The notes under the pieces are model-generated. The model saw only the letters and a program-made list of their open reading frames with translations, searched no databases and was not told where the DNA came from. Source: Haliotis rufescens (taxonomy: Eukaryota). Taken from it: a DNA stretch of 64,000 nucleotides. Below, one piece after another: positions 29,223 through 42,261 of this stretch (its first letter is position 1; every line of letters starts with the position of its first letter). A program made the position numbers and the translations under genes. The stretch is taken from contig NW_025964001.1 of the NCBI RefSeq assembly GCF_023055435.1, positions 10,044,001-10,108,000 of the forward strand, given 5' to 3'.

Positions 29223-31819
29223 TATTGTTAATAGCGCCACGGCTCTACATTAGGTGTTATCAGTGGGGGTAATTATTAACTGACAGATATGGATTTAGAT
29301 TTTATACTTTTATAATAGGGCTTAGCAGACAAACATAAATGTTTGTTAAGGTCTTGATTCAAACATGCTAAAACTGCCAATTGACCCGAAAATATTCGTA
29401 ATATGTACTGAAACATGTACGCTTCGGTGGCATGATTGAAAAAGGGTTTATTCTTGGTTGTTGAATTATAACTAAAGAAGATTATACTGAACATACCTGT
29501 CCTGAATGTTACTCATGTCAGAATTGAATTCCTCGTACTGACCTGTGGAAATGAAGGACTTTGCAAACAAAACTCACGCATACACAGGACAACTGATACT
29601 AAAAGACTCATTGAGTGAAGTGAATGTGGTTTTAGCAGGCATCCATCAATATACTAGTATATTATATCGGTATACTGCGTATACATCACGTGAAAACATG
29701 TCCTAACACGTCACTCACGATACGGCTGAAATATTGCCGATATGACGTTAAATTATAACTCACTCACTCAGAATACCTCATCCATTCAAACATAAACATA
29801 CTACATTATAACTAGCGCGGTCAAGAGACATTTATTATATTTACGACTTATCAATATAATTTGCTTTAAAAGATGTGTGGGTACAACTATCATAAGTTAT
29901 GATCAAGCACAGTTAATGAATGATTTCATGTCAAGGCCGTATATTTTTTCAGTTTGTTTGAGAGGCCGATCGACAAAAGAAAACTGAAATTAGAATAAAG
30001 TGACTTTTGACAAAACATTGTTGTTACAATTTGGTGATGTAAAAAAATATACGCGATTTTATCACCGCTGTTCCTAAGAAATGGTGAATAATACGTACAC
30101 AATCAATTAAATAAGGATTGTAGTCAGATGTTGTTGTCATGTTCTTATTAAAATATGGTACGTACATGGTGTCTGACGTGTATGACGTGGGCCTCGTTGG
30201 AATGTCGGACCTGGTCTAACCTCCAGATTCGGGTGAATAGATTTGCGACTCTTCTGTAACCTCCGAGACATGGTAGAGCTGTACGAAAATAATCACTCTT
30301 CGTTTAAACTATAAATGATCTCAAGAAAACAACTTCTTTTTATTTATTATTTTTGAAAAAAAGAGTCTTTGTGTAGGCAAAGTTAATGTTTTATCATAAT
30401 TTTGACCGAAAGTGTATCTCCTTAAAGTAATAAAAGGGATAAAGGGTCGATACATACCTTTAGAAAGAAGTATTCTACCAAATAAACAAATCGCGGAAGA
30501 CGATTCAGCAATAAACAGCTGTACACATCAAAGCCACACGATGGACTGAATAACTACGGCCAGTCGTCATATGTTTCTGTGACGTCATAATTCTGTTCTT
30601 TAACATGACGTCATGCTATTGTTTCTGTTGGTTTCAGTGTGAGGAAACCGTGTTTTCAGTGACGTTTTTGGTGTCTTTTCAAAGATCAAAATGTATTTCG
30701 AATTTTGAATTTTGTGAATATAGTTCATGTATATACCGCTATGATATAGCAAGGTGTTCGTAAACTATTTCGTTTCTAAGTTGAAAATACTAAATAAACA
30801 CGAACAAAGAACATTTTCCATAACCATCAGAAAACTCTTAAGACCATTGTACGATTCCGACTAAATTTATATCGTTATCATGTGTTCATGAATCACTGTC
30901 AAATAGCTCGCTCCACCGGTGGCACCTTCACAAACACATGCAAAGGCAAGTCAATTGGTCACCTGAAAAACAACAATATAATTATGGCACAAGTCGAAAT
31001 TGCGAATCGCCTCGGACATAATTTCTTTTTTCACTGATGTGTCAGATTTGGAATTGTCCTCCACATGTCTACCATAATACGTTTTGAAAGAATTACTGAG
31101 GCCAATAATGCTGTATTTGTGTAACCCTGATCAAACAACTCTTGAGCACGAGTCATGTGACGCTCTCCGAAATCTTCGGGGAAAAAGCATGGGTTCACGA
31201 ATCAATACAATTTCGGGACTGTAGAATATTTCGATTGGATTACTTATTTGGCATTGTTAATTTATTAACAATCCGGGCGAAATGGAAGACTGTGACTATC
31301 TGATATATTATCATCGAGCCATGCATTGGTACGTGCGTGCCGTTTTAAAGGATATCCGCCCATCAGTTTGCCGTTTGGAAAGAATATGTGTGCATGATTC
31401 TAGCATTCGTGTGGAGTTTAATGTTTACTATTGATATTGCTCGAACTTTGACGGTGGTATCAGTGACCTCAATACCACTAGACCAACTCTTTTCTGTTAT
31501 AAAAATATAAATCAAATCGAAGTTCCACAAATTCTCAACAGTGAGTGAGTCAAAATATAACGTCGCATCAGCGTTACTTCAGCCACAGAGCGACGAGAAC
31601 AAGTATTAATAGGTAGTAGCATGTCATACAAATAAATCAAAGTTCTATTTAAAAGTAAAATTGTCAAACATATTTTAGCATAAAAATACTAACATTTACC
31701 ACGGGCTATAAGCCACCAGCAACCAAGGCTATAGGTCTCCTCACCGGGGATCATAGAAGTCTTGAAGTCTTGACTTATATTTCGTGGTATCATTTTAGAT
31801 CAGAGACCATTTACCGATA

Positions 31820-32300
31820 TGGCTCTAGACAGACTACCTTGAGTCAACATAGCTTTTGAAACAGTTGAACGGGTGGAGGCCGATGACTGACATATTGATA
31901 TATCGGTATTTGGTCTCTGCAGTCTCTATTATATGGTCTCTGGTCTCTGTTACTAAACTAATTCGGTCAAAACACCATTGTGGTCATGGAATAAGTAAGG
32001 GAGGCAACTGCTGCAGCGGCTGATAGCATTTTGAAGGAATCGGCGGGAGAGTTGGGTGTGTCAGAAGACATCTGACATGTCAATGCGTGTGCCTCGAAGT
32101 CAAAGACTGAGGCATTAATGTCCCCTGGGGTGTAAACTGTTTCAGGTAAGTTTTGTCGATAGTCTGTCCGCAGATGTTTTTACTTAAGATGTAATTTGTA
32201 GGTTCCATGTTTGCAATCGATTTTACATCATTCATCGGCCTTCACCTGTTCAACTGTTTCAAAAGATATATGTTGACTCAAGGTAGGCTAGCTAGAGCCA
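31820..32300. repeat. Inverted repeat, arms of about 68 bp (31820-31886 / 32232-32300)
   Basis: tggctctag..ctaccttgagtcaacata..ttttgaaacagttgaac.ggtg.aggccgatga and its reverse complement. Confidence 0.8.
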
Positions 32301-32756
32301 CGATCCATGTCTACAACGTAGATGAATAAAACAATATTACAACAATAATGTACGGCTTCCCAAATTTCATGTCAAGCTAATGAATAAACTAAAAAAAATT
32401 ATTGAAAAATATTTGATCAGATGTTCGAAATGGAGCACTGGAACCAAAAGTCAGTAACATTCTAGGTCTACACGTAGATCGTTCGAACTCCTATAGATAG
32501 GCATATGTCAGCGATTCTGAGTTTTCTTGCAAAACTTGCAAATGACTGATTTCTGACTTTGAAATTAAAAACAAAGTAATAAAATGTAAATGAATGAAAT
32601 TGGAGTCCCCAAACCTGTCACCCAAAATATGGCTTTCCAGTAAGTTGTAACCCAATCTACCCATAATTTTAATGAATTGCAACCAGAAATTGTTATCACT
32701 TCTTGCAAGTGCTTGATGAAACCTAATCTTATTTCATTTCAGATACCTGCAGGAAA

Positions 32757-34574
32757 ATGTCGACCTCAGGAACAGACACAAATATTTTTGTAGAATGTGC
32801 TAGCAGCAGTACAGATGAATCAAGAACACATCCTGAGAAACATTCCAGTGTCTCAGGTCCCAAGATCTGTGATAGAAGTCAGTCTTGGAATGCTCTTGAC
32901 CTGAACAACAACACTGATGACAATGATGGTGATGATGAGGACGATGATACAGAACAGGAAAGGACCTCTCCCTCACCATGTTCATTTATGCAAGCATTTG
33001 TTGGACACAGATCTGAGTATGACAGACAATATTTTGAGGAGTCATCATATGATGAGGAAACAACTGCTGACTTTGAAGATTCTTCATCGGATTTGGATGT
33101 ATCACTGTACCATACAGATTACTCAGCAGATGACCCAGATAACTGGAGTGACTCATTTGATGAGGAAGACGTAGAAAAACGCAAAGGATCTAATTATGTA
33201 TGGTCGGAGTCTGAGGATGAATACAGTGAGGACCACCTGACTGGCTCGAGTTCTGATCTGGATAACTGTCTGCTTGTTAGCAATGATGGTCACTGGGATG
33301 ATGAGGACCAACTGTATGATTCATCTGATGGGTCCCCTTTATCTGATGTGAGCTATCACTCAGACTGTGGCTTAGAGTTCAATAGAACAAATGCTGACTT
33401 TAGAGTTGATATACATGATGCAGATAAAATTGATACAGTTGATACTGAAAAGTGTTTGATACCCATGACCAAACCATACCCTCCCAATGCTACAGCTCAG
33501 CCTGGTGCCTCTGGAAATATACAGTCTGCTGTGAAAAAGAACAAACACATTAGCGACCGATCATGGAATATTCTGGATAGACTGATAGTTGCACGAGATG
33601 GTGCTGGTATACTGAGATGGTTTGAGTTAAGGGAAGTGTCACAAAGGATGAAGGAGAGGGCTTATCCTATCCTGCCAGTGAATCGTGCTGCTGTGATTGG
33701 TAGTGTGGTCATATTTGACTTTCTGATTGGGGAAGGGTTTGTCATTGACAAGAAATATAACACAGTCCATGAGTGTGGTCTACGAGGGCAGTTCAACTTT
33801 TTAAATCACATGAGCAAAATTGGGATTGATATCAATCAAAGTAACAAGAAGGGATCTACTACGCTTCATGAGGTAGCCAGACAGTCCAATGGTCGTGCAG
33901 ATATGCTGAAATTCCTAATTTCCAGAGGTGCGAATGTGAATCAGAAGGACCTCATCGGTCGCAGTGCACTGTACATGGCAGTCAAACATGGTTCGTCTAT
34001 GAATGTTCTCACGCTTCTGGAGGCAGGAGCTGTCTTGAATCGCTCCTTCAGATATGAGAATGCTAACTATGTGTCTGATATCAAGTCAACTCTTGGAATG
34101 GCTATTTGCCGCAGCTTGAAGATGACGGTTTTGATTTACACAGCAAAGATTATGGCTGGTGACTACAAGCACTGCAAGGAATTGGTTACAGCCGTGAAGG
34201 GTAACAGTGTCAACATTGTCCGATTCCTGCTGAGGAAGAATGCTCAATGCTGCTCCAAACAGCGAAAGTCACTTCTTAGATATGCAGCCAAGAACCACAA
34301 CAGGTCTGTGCGAGCATCTATGGTGGACCTCTTGTTCAGAGCTGGCTACAATGTCAACAGTGAAGAAAAGTGCATCAGGGCTCACGCCTTCCACGGAAAA
34401 GATGGAAAGGCTTTGAAGAAAAAGCTGCCCTTGTACACTTCACAAACAAGGACACTACAGGACCTATCTTGCTTCAAGATCAGACAGATCCTTGGAGCAT
34501 CAATGCCAGCTACAGTTCACAAACTACCTCTGCCAGAATGTCTGAAGAGTGTTTTACAGCTGAAGCATTTGTGA
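32757..34574 (+). CDS. Ankyrin repeat and SOCS box protein (ASB-like) with a long acidic N-terminus, 605 aa
   Basis: Ankyrin motifs GSTTLHEVA, GANVNQKDLIGRSALYMAV, LLEAGA; SOCS box RTLQDLSCFKIRQILG...LPLPECLKSVL; acceptor at 32742 just upstream of the ATG. Confidence 0.9.
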   Translation: MSTSGTDTNIFVECASSSTDESRTHPEKHSSVSGPKICDRSQSWNALDLNNNTDDNDGDDEDDDTEQERTSPSPCSFMQAFVGHRSEYDRQYFEESSYDEETTADFEDSSSDLDVSLYHTDYSADDPDNWSDSFDEEDVEKRKGSNYVWSESEDEYSEDHLTGSSSDLDNCLLVSNDGHWDDEDQLYDSSDGSPLSDVSYHSDCGLEFNRTNADFRVDIHDADKIDTVDTEKCLIPMTKPYPPNATAQPGASGNIQSAVKKNKHISDRSWNILDRLIVARDGAGILRWFELREVSQRMKERAYPILPVNRAAVIGSVVIFDFLIGEGFVIDKKYNTVHECGLRGQFNFLNHMSKIGIDINQSNKKGSTTLHEVARQSNGRADMLKFLISRGANVNQKDLIGRSALYMAVKHGSSMNVLTLLEAGAVLNRSFRYENANYVSDIKSTLGMAICRSLKMTVLIYTAKIMAGDYKHCKELVTAVKGNSVNIVRFLLRKNAQCCSKQRKSLLRYAAKNHNRSVRASMVDLLFRAGYNVNSEEKCIRAHAFHGKDGKALKKKLPLYTSQTRTLQDLSCFKIRQILGASMPATVHKLPLPECLKSVLQLKHL

Positions 34575-35294
34575 ATAAATCTTGGAATCCAATGGTCAAG
34601 AAATCTAAAATCTGCAGTCTTAGTTCGAATGAAATGATACAAGACATGTACTTCAAAGATGAAAGTTGATTGAATCATACACACAAGACTTTTGCTCAAG
34701 TTATGATTAATATTCTACATTATCTTAGTTATATTATAGTTGTTAATGTTATCACTTTGTTGGCAGTTATTAATGCCAGAATTTAAGAACCATTTGCAAA
34801 TTACTATTCAACCCTGACTAGATTTACTCTGACTGAACTAACCTTTAAATTTTATTGTCACCATTCCATTGTGTGATGTTTTGTGCGTTTGCTCCAGAGT
34901 GATTAGATAGAGATAGACAAGCGGGACAAGCAAATGATAAACCCTGACTATTCATGACATATCCCCATTTCTCATTGCCTACTACAGTTAGATGGTAATC
35001 ATGGCATGTTTTCCAAAATTACCAAATGACACAAAAGATGACATGCCACATGAAGGGTTACTCGCATATCATTTTATAATATCAAATTGTCACCCGAGTT
35101 TGTTCCAGAGGTCTGAATCTGGCTGCCATATTGAAAAAGAGAAAGAAATTTGTGACCATTAGTGAGTCATAAATGTTCAAAATGAAATTATATTTGGTAT
35201 TTGTTTAGTGGTAAGATTCAACATATGTGTTCCATTTCTTTGCCAAATGTGGTCCTTGGTTTGACTCTGCTCTTATATTCTCTCAAAATGCATA

Positions 35295-35574
35295 CCATAT
35301 TCGACGTAATAAGCGCCCAGGGTGCTCTCAAAATTAGAAAATTAGGCTGACAGCCTGAAATGTTTATATACGATAGATATATTTTTCCAGAATTTAATTG
35401 CCCATAAATAAGGGTGCATATAACACACGAGTGCGTATTATATGCGAATAAATAAGTATTGTGTACATTGATCAATCGGAAAGGGTGCTAATTGGGATTG
35501 TTCACGGGCCAATATATTAGCAATTATCGCCGTGGGCGCTTATTAGAGTGGGGCGCTTATTACGTCGAATACGG
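35295..35574. mobile_element. Tc1/pogo-type MITE (TIR CCGTATTCGACGTAATAAGCGCCC, TA TSD)
   Basis: Five copies in the window. Confidence 0.85.
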
Positions 35575-36359
35575 TATTTGGCTCTGTAAACTTCTTTGAA
35601 ATTGCCAGACTGTTGGGAACTTAACAGTTCCTCCTTATGGTGACACAATATTCTGTTCAGCTCATTAGATTATATTCTAGATATATGGATATCTATGCAG
35701 CCTTTAGTTAAGTTTCAGTCTTTGTTGACATTTTGATGTTGACTACAGTGCCGTGGCACTTATTTTAAAGACATTTTACGAACGATCATTAAGTAATAAG
35801 CAACAGGCATTTTTAATTACATCCTGAAAGTTTTGGTAATTTATTTGGCATTGATGTCTTGCTTCATTTTTTATCAACAATATTCTAATTTTTAATCCAA
35901 ATTGTTTGTTTTGGGTCCTGTGTCGAGAGATTATGGTTCAGAATTCTGTGAAACAAGATCTGAACTTTTCTGGCCTTGTGGAGTTGTATAAATTTCTATT
36001 GTTACAGAAAAACTGTTATTGTTAATCAGTGATTGTGCTTTCAAATTGCCAGTACCTTGTTGTAAGCATGTTTAATGTTTATTGTTAAACTATTGACAGG
36101 AGTAAAGAAAATCATGTTATAATCTTGTGCCTTGTTGATTGTCATCATGTTAGCAGTGAATACGGCTGAGTGACCGGTTGGGTTTCATGTTGCTTAGAAC
36201 TACAGTTCAGCTGTATAACGGCATGTCCACTAAATGTAGGAGGCAAGCCTAAAGTGACTATGGTCATGGCTCATAGAGGTTTACACTTTGATGAAACCAA
36301 CTATAGACCACACCACTTGAAATAGAATCATGAAATATGATGATGATGAATAAATGATT

Positions 36360-37035
36360 TGGTTGGTTGGTTGGTTTGTTGTTTAACGCCGCACACAGCA
36401 ATATTCCAGCTATATGACGGCGGTCTGTAAATAATCGAGTCTGGACCAGACAATCCAGTGATTGACATCATGAGCATCGATCCTCGCAATTGGAATCGAT
36501 GACATGCATCAACCAAGTAGGGCTGGGACGTGTAACTCGGGTACCCGGGTCGGGTGGGTACGGAGTAGGACCTGGGTACCAACAGGTCTACCCGGACCCG
36601 TGGTTAGTCACTTGATACATTGTTTAATGATAAAAACTATCTAGAACTCTGTGGTTACACTACAAGTCACAAATGTTCGCATTTCTTTCTGACTATGCAC
36701 CCATTCCTTCTGACTTTTCAAATCTTTGACTAAAGATATAACTTGAGTGTATGCATGACCAGATTAATACTTGTATGTTAATACGTTTTGTCAGTGCTAT
36801 GGTAAAAAAATGCCCATTCGGACATTTTGTACCTATCTCTTGAGACCTACAGTGGGTACCCAGGTAGGGTCGGGTAATACGCGGGTGGGTACCCGGGTAG
36901 TAAATTCGGACTCGTCCCAGCCCTACAACCAAGTTAGCGAGCCTGACCACCCGATCCCTTTAGTCGCCTTTTACGACAAGCATAGTCACCTTTTACGGCA
37001 AGCATGGGTTGCTGAAGACCTATTCTACCCCGGAT
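36360..37035 (-). mobile_element. SINE-like family B copy interrupted by a hAT MITE
   Basis: The two halves are contiguous across the insertion. Confidence 0.8.
36518..36925. mobile_element. hAT-type MITE (TAGGGCTGGGACG family)
   Basis: 8-bp TSD CAACCAAG. Confidence 0.88.
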
Positions 37036-37402
37036 ATCAAGAAATATCCATTTTCTTCGCAATGAACATGATGATCATCTCTGAGTTTTGATCATGTGGT
37101 TAGTACCGTTACAATTCGGGTTAGAATCAGCAGTCCGGTGACTGCGAGCGGCTATATTTAGCAACGTGCGGTGTACATACATTACCAACATGAACTGAAA
37201 GTGAGAATGTATTTAAAGCGCTTTTGACCAAGTTCACTGCTAAATATAACTGCTGGCACTCAGCTGACTGCCAATTCTTAATACCAGCAGGCTGCTGCCT
37301 CCCAAGGTGGAACCCCAGTCCATCCATACTCAGTAGCCCTTGTGGACATTCGATCCCCAGTTCTGTCACGAAGCCCCACAACTGTTTGTTTAGTTGCCAC
37401 TT

Positions 37403-37940
37403 CATCTTACCGAGGCAAGTGAGTTAACTGACTATAAACATCCAGTTTCCACCCTTGCCGAACTAGGCTGGTATTATGGAGTTATGTTTTGGTTGGACTA
37501 ATAAGTCTATCCATAGTCCAGTCAAAATGTGCAACAAAATCAAAATCGGGTTTGTAAACTCATGCAGATTTTGGTCAATTGCAGGATTTGCAAAGCATGT
37601 GCACTGCCAGCTCGTTGTCAACAGGTATTTTCTAAATCTTTTCATGTGTTTATCTAGGTGATCACGTGATTTGATGCACTTTGGGATATAAGACTCATTT
37701 TATCACAATATAGATCTTGATTATCCATCAGATTGTCTTGACTGGGCACGCCATTTTGTTTGAAGCAAATGCATGTGATACTAGAGGTGGAATCTGATTG
37801 GTCCATAGGAGAGGCTCAGAAGGGACATAACTTGTAAAAGCCACTGGTGGCACTACGATAGAGCCAAGGAATTCCAGCCCAGTTTGGCAAGGGTTGAAAT
37901 TAGACTTAAAGTCAGTAAACTCTCTTGCCTCGGGAAGATG
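37403..37940. mobile_element. Non-autonomous TIR transposon (12213 family)
   Basis: TIR CATCTT.CCGAGGCAAG / CTTGCCTCGGGAAGATG. Confidence 0.8.
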
Positions 37941-38159
37941 TTACCTGTTTGTTGAGTCCTCTTTCTCAATTTGACATGCTTCAGTCCAGTGACTTGCTGA
38001 TGATTGACTTCAACTTTGATGTACTCCACTTCTTAATATTTTAATTGACAAAACAGTATTGAGCAGTCATCACAATTTTTACCCTAGATTGTCATCACCA
38101 AATATAGATGATGGTAGCATGCTATTAATAGGGAAGCTGCCTTATATGCCACATTTAAA

Positions 38160-38570
38160 CATTGGTTGAGGGAGTTTGGAAGATGACCCCAGCTCTGGTC
38201 AACCCGCCACCAGCACCACAAAAGAAAAGATTGACCTGATACAGAACAATAAACACATCACAACATGACTTAGAGGAGATCTCAAGCTCCTTGTATGTGG
38301 TCAACAGAAACAATCCGTTATGAACGTCTACACAAGTCAAAGGTTTAGTCCCATGGGTTACTGGAATGTCATCGGATGAAATGAAGGTTATATGGGTTAC
38401 CTCTTCTAACTGCCTGTTAACAAGATAGAAATGCAACTCAGAAGATCCATTACAATGATCCAAGACCAAACAGGAATCCAAGGCGTGGAAACACGTTGAG
38501 TCTGCCAAACTAAGAAGTTCAAGACAAGACAAGATCATTAAATATGTTATGGCCACCAACTAGAATAGCA
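38160..38570 (+). pseudogene. Degenerate mariner transposase fragment
   Basis: Remnants SLEDDPSSGQPATSTTKEKID and TKQESKAWKH resemble mariner DDPRSGRP and TKQQS.QWKH; many disruptions. Confidence 0.6.
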
Positions 38571-38614
38571 AAGGCAAAATACACATTGATCTTTGACCAC
38601 GGGGATCACTATGC

Positions 38615-38769
38615 AGCGTTAGAAAATGGCACCAGTCCTGTGGTCCTTGCCAAACTGCCCAATAATTAAGGTATCATAAGGAGAAGTAGAAATTTGCCAT
38701 TTTTAAGGGTTTTGCCATATGTTATAATTATAAGGACTAGTGGTATAAAACTGTTAGTTTCTACTGATG
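38615..38769. mobile_element. Short MITE, copy 2 (inverted relative to 175-329)
   Basis: Homology to copy 1; flanking CTATG repeat. Confidence 0.6.
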
Positions 38770-39186
38770 CTATGAATGGTGAGTAGCATGCCATAATACT
38801 GACAAAGATATTTTATTGAAAAGATCTTCTTTTGAGTCTTATCAAAGAGAACTGTCATAGCAAACTTCAACATGATGTTCTCTGCAGCATGTTGCAATGG
38901 CTGCTGTATGGGAATGCAAACAGACCTAACCCATCCTCCTTATACACCACATCTGGCCCATGACTGCCACCGAATTTAAGATTTGAATAAGAACTTTCAT
39001 GGTCAGGAACATAAAGAGGAGCAAGAATGGGTTGCTTCTGAGGGAGGCTGGCTGACAGACCAGGATTTGAGCTTCTACAAAACAGTGATAAACTAACCTG
39101 GACAAGAGATGGAACAAATGTAATGAACTATGGGGACTATGTTGAAAAAAGAATTAAAGCTCTCAATAATATTTCAGATGTATGTA

Positions 39187-39518
39187 GACCGCCTCCATGG
39201 TCTAGTGGAAGAGCGTTCGCCCGGAGAGCGGAAGGTCCGGGGTTCGATCCCGCGTCATACCAAAAGACGTTAAAAGATGGTACTTGTTGTTACCCTGTCT
39301 GGCGCTCGGCATTAAAGGGCTAAAACAAGGACTGGTCGGCTCGGAGTCAGTATACTGTGTCTGAGTGGGGTATTCATGTTAAACTGCGGCATAGTATCTC
39401 AGTGTGCTAGCACTATAAATCGTAGTACATAATTGTAGTACAAGCAGCCACACACACACGAGCATGCACGTCGCTATATAAGTGCAATAATCTTGGACGC
39501 GACGTTAAACCCAATTTC
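39187..39518 (+). mobile_element. tRNA-derived SINE with a conserved central domain (Meta-SINE-like, tentative)
   Basis: A box TGGTCTAGTGG, B box GGTTCGATCC, core GTCATACCAAAAGACGTTAAAAGATGGTAC...TGGCGCTCGGCATTAAAGGG. Confidence 0.7.
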
Positions 39519-39791
39519 GGGGGAACGGGTGGCCCAGTCGTCTAGATTCGCTGTGCAGAGTTGCATCCCTTGGGCTCGCCAGAAACCTATGATTGTGGGT
39601 TCGAATCCCAGTTCACCCCGATTATGTTTCTAGGTTTGTCAGCACCATACCCGTGCTCGTGGGTTTCACCGAAGTGGTAAACGTCTGAGACCTGCATCAC
39701 TTCGGGCTTTCCTCCCACATTAAGCTTACACGCCGTGATATGACTGGAATACTGTTAACAATGGCGTTAAACCCAACTCACTCACTCACTT
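39519..39791 (+). mobile_element. tRNA-SINE family C nested in the tail of the preceding SINE
   Basis: 11-bp TSD AACCCAATTTC. Confidence 0.8.
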
Positions 39792-40974
39792 AACCCAATT
39801 TCACCTCACCTCACCTCAACATTTTGACTTACACCACTAGGGTTTGTTATATCCGTTGCTTCATCAGGTTAGTCTTTGTAAAGCGTCCATCATGATAATA
39901 GCCCATGTGCTGTATGTGGGTTAGCGCACCCCTACAAGGGCGATATGGATTCAGAGCCTAGAGGGGTCATGAACGAATACGTACAACTATTTCCATCTCC
40001 GGTTCAACTAAAGTAATCACCTATGTTGAAGAAAGGCACAATTTCTTTGTTTTAAACATTTATTAAATATAACACTTCACATATCACTTTTGCACAAAAA
40101 CGAGCAAAACAACCCCACAGATAAAATTTTAAATATCTAAAACAACAATAAAGGACTTGACAGAATAGATGGGTACTGGAAGTATTACATGGTAAAACAC
40201 TGTTACAAACACTTAACATGGTTGCTGTTAAAAATAACAGCAATAAACAAGTAATTCATTAAATATTCCCATATTTTCAACTGTATAGATATATTTCTCT
40301 GGTACAAAATATAGAGGCATAAATGGTAAATATAATTAGTCAATAAACCTTGAAGTTTTGTGTGGTGTTTGGCAGTTGTTGGTGTTTAATTTGAATTAAA
40401 AAATAATTTGCCCATTGTGATTCTGTCATATTTCCTTAATCTTTTACAAGCCTACATTAATAAATATATAACCTCAGTTTTACAGCTAGAAAAAAATAGC
40501 ATCTTTTATAAAGGAAAAGAAGCTTCTAATTCTGTTAAGCACTTGTATGTTAACTAAAACCATTGCAAAACTGACAATTTGAACAATGGATGTCATCGGA
40601 ACAAATATGAAGTACAAAAAAATGGATTGCTGATGAAGTAAAACAAAAACAATTTCTATGTCAGCGTAGTGTTTGGCTAGAAGCCTATTAAAACATGTAT
40701 GCATGACTTCTTTGATTACTATGGAAGATATTCATCTTTGAAAATGATGATCAGAAATATGACATTGTTGCTCATGGACAATGCAGACTCTTGGCAAAAA
40801 GACTTTCATTGCATCTTTATCTGTTCACTCGATCTGCATTGGATTAAGGAAAAGGTATAAAGTAAGTGTACAGCTATTTACAAGACATTTACTATCTTTA
40901 TAGTCATAAATACTATGTAGGGCATTGTCTATAACATAATTCTTAAAATAAATCTCTGATTAGAATCTATTAAA

Positions 40975-41589
40975 TTAATCGCATTAAAATTTGATCTTAG
41001 TTCTTGCAATCACTAAACAAAGATCTGAGGACATCCCATTACGGGTCACGTCCGAACGACCTTCCATCCGACCAATCAAAGCGTTGCTTACCAGATCATG
41101 AAAGTGACAGTCGGAATGTGTTTTCTAATCATGCAACCTCGAAAACGTTTACACGGGGTATTCCGAACAACAGTTACAGCCCGTACAACTGATTCTGTCA
41201 AAATTATCGTCTGTCTCTCTCTTCCGTCGGGTAAACATTTGAACGGAGGAGCCATTGCACAGTACATGGGAAGCACTGCCATACAATTGCAACCATATAT
41301 TAGACATTCTGGAATGTTTGTTTGTTCAGTTTTCAAAATTTTAATTGAGAACTGTGTCAACATATTTTTCGAGTGTAGTCTGAAATGGAAGTTGCCAGGT
41401 TGTAACGAGTGCTGTAAGGCTCGAGAAAGCAGCTTTCTAATTGGCTGATGTTGACTTCTTGTTCATCGTTTCAGTGGTCGGTCAAAGTTCCCGAAAGGTT
41501 TTTCTGAAGTGACCCGTAATGGGATGTCCTCAGATCTTTGTTTAGCGGCAGCAAGAACTTAGATCTGATTTTTATGAGATTGCTATTAA
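40975..41589. mobile_element. Unclassified MITE with about 75-bp TIRs bounded by TTAA
   Basis: ctaaacaaagatctgaggacatcccattacgggtcac and its exact reverse complement at 41510-41546. Confidence 0.75.
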
Positions 41590-42040
41590 ATAAAAGGCAC
41601 GCCACCTTTGTAGGGCACGAGAGGTATGGGTAAACATGGAATCAGCAGAATGGGCAAGTTATGATCACAGTGATAAGAATTAATGCTCACCGACGCCCGA
41701 AGCGACACAACAGTCAACTGGCCTAATTACTACTAAACTTTTGCTTGTCCCTCTGGGAACTACTTTTTCAGTCCCCAGTCCCCAGTTGATAAGTAAAACA
41801 CCAAAGTTTGTTCTCTTATAAGAACCAAATTTTAACAACCATGTGCCAAAAAACTTCTTTAGCATGAATTCAATAGAAATGTTCACTTGATCACCCTAAA
41901 CTTATGCAATGTTTGGTACTACGGATTGGCTTAAAAGGTAAGGAAATTTAAGTATTTCACAATTGCACTTTGTAAGTTAATTTTTATCACTGTTTTCATT
42001 GTAAATGTGCTGTAAGAACAACACTGGATCCAAGAATGTA

Positions 42041-42261
42041 TCAGTCAACCTCGTAGAAATCACTGATTCTCTTTGCAAGGATGAGACTCTTCATCTGTGG
42101 GGAGACGAGATGGCGGTGCAGCATGCGCACTGTTGCCCCCGGACTCTCCCCCCACACATACACCACATTCTTCATCGGCTGAGGTAGTTTCATGGTCTTC
42201 CACTGTGTGATCAGCTGTGTCGGTACCCCAACACGTTCTGCCATCAGACGCCAATCAGCTC
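42041..42261 (-). CDS. Death-domain gene last exon
   Basis: tttctcag|GA GCT GAT TGG...GAC TGA. Confidence 0.8.

Noticed and set aside
39187-39260. tRNA genes at 1400, 15870, 39190 and 51070
   Set aside because: These are SINE heads: no intact cloverleaf, followed by SINE body and tail, several with TSDs.
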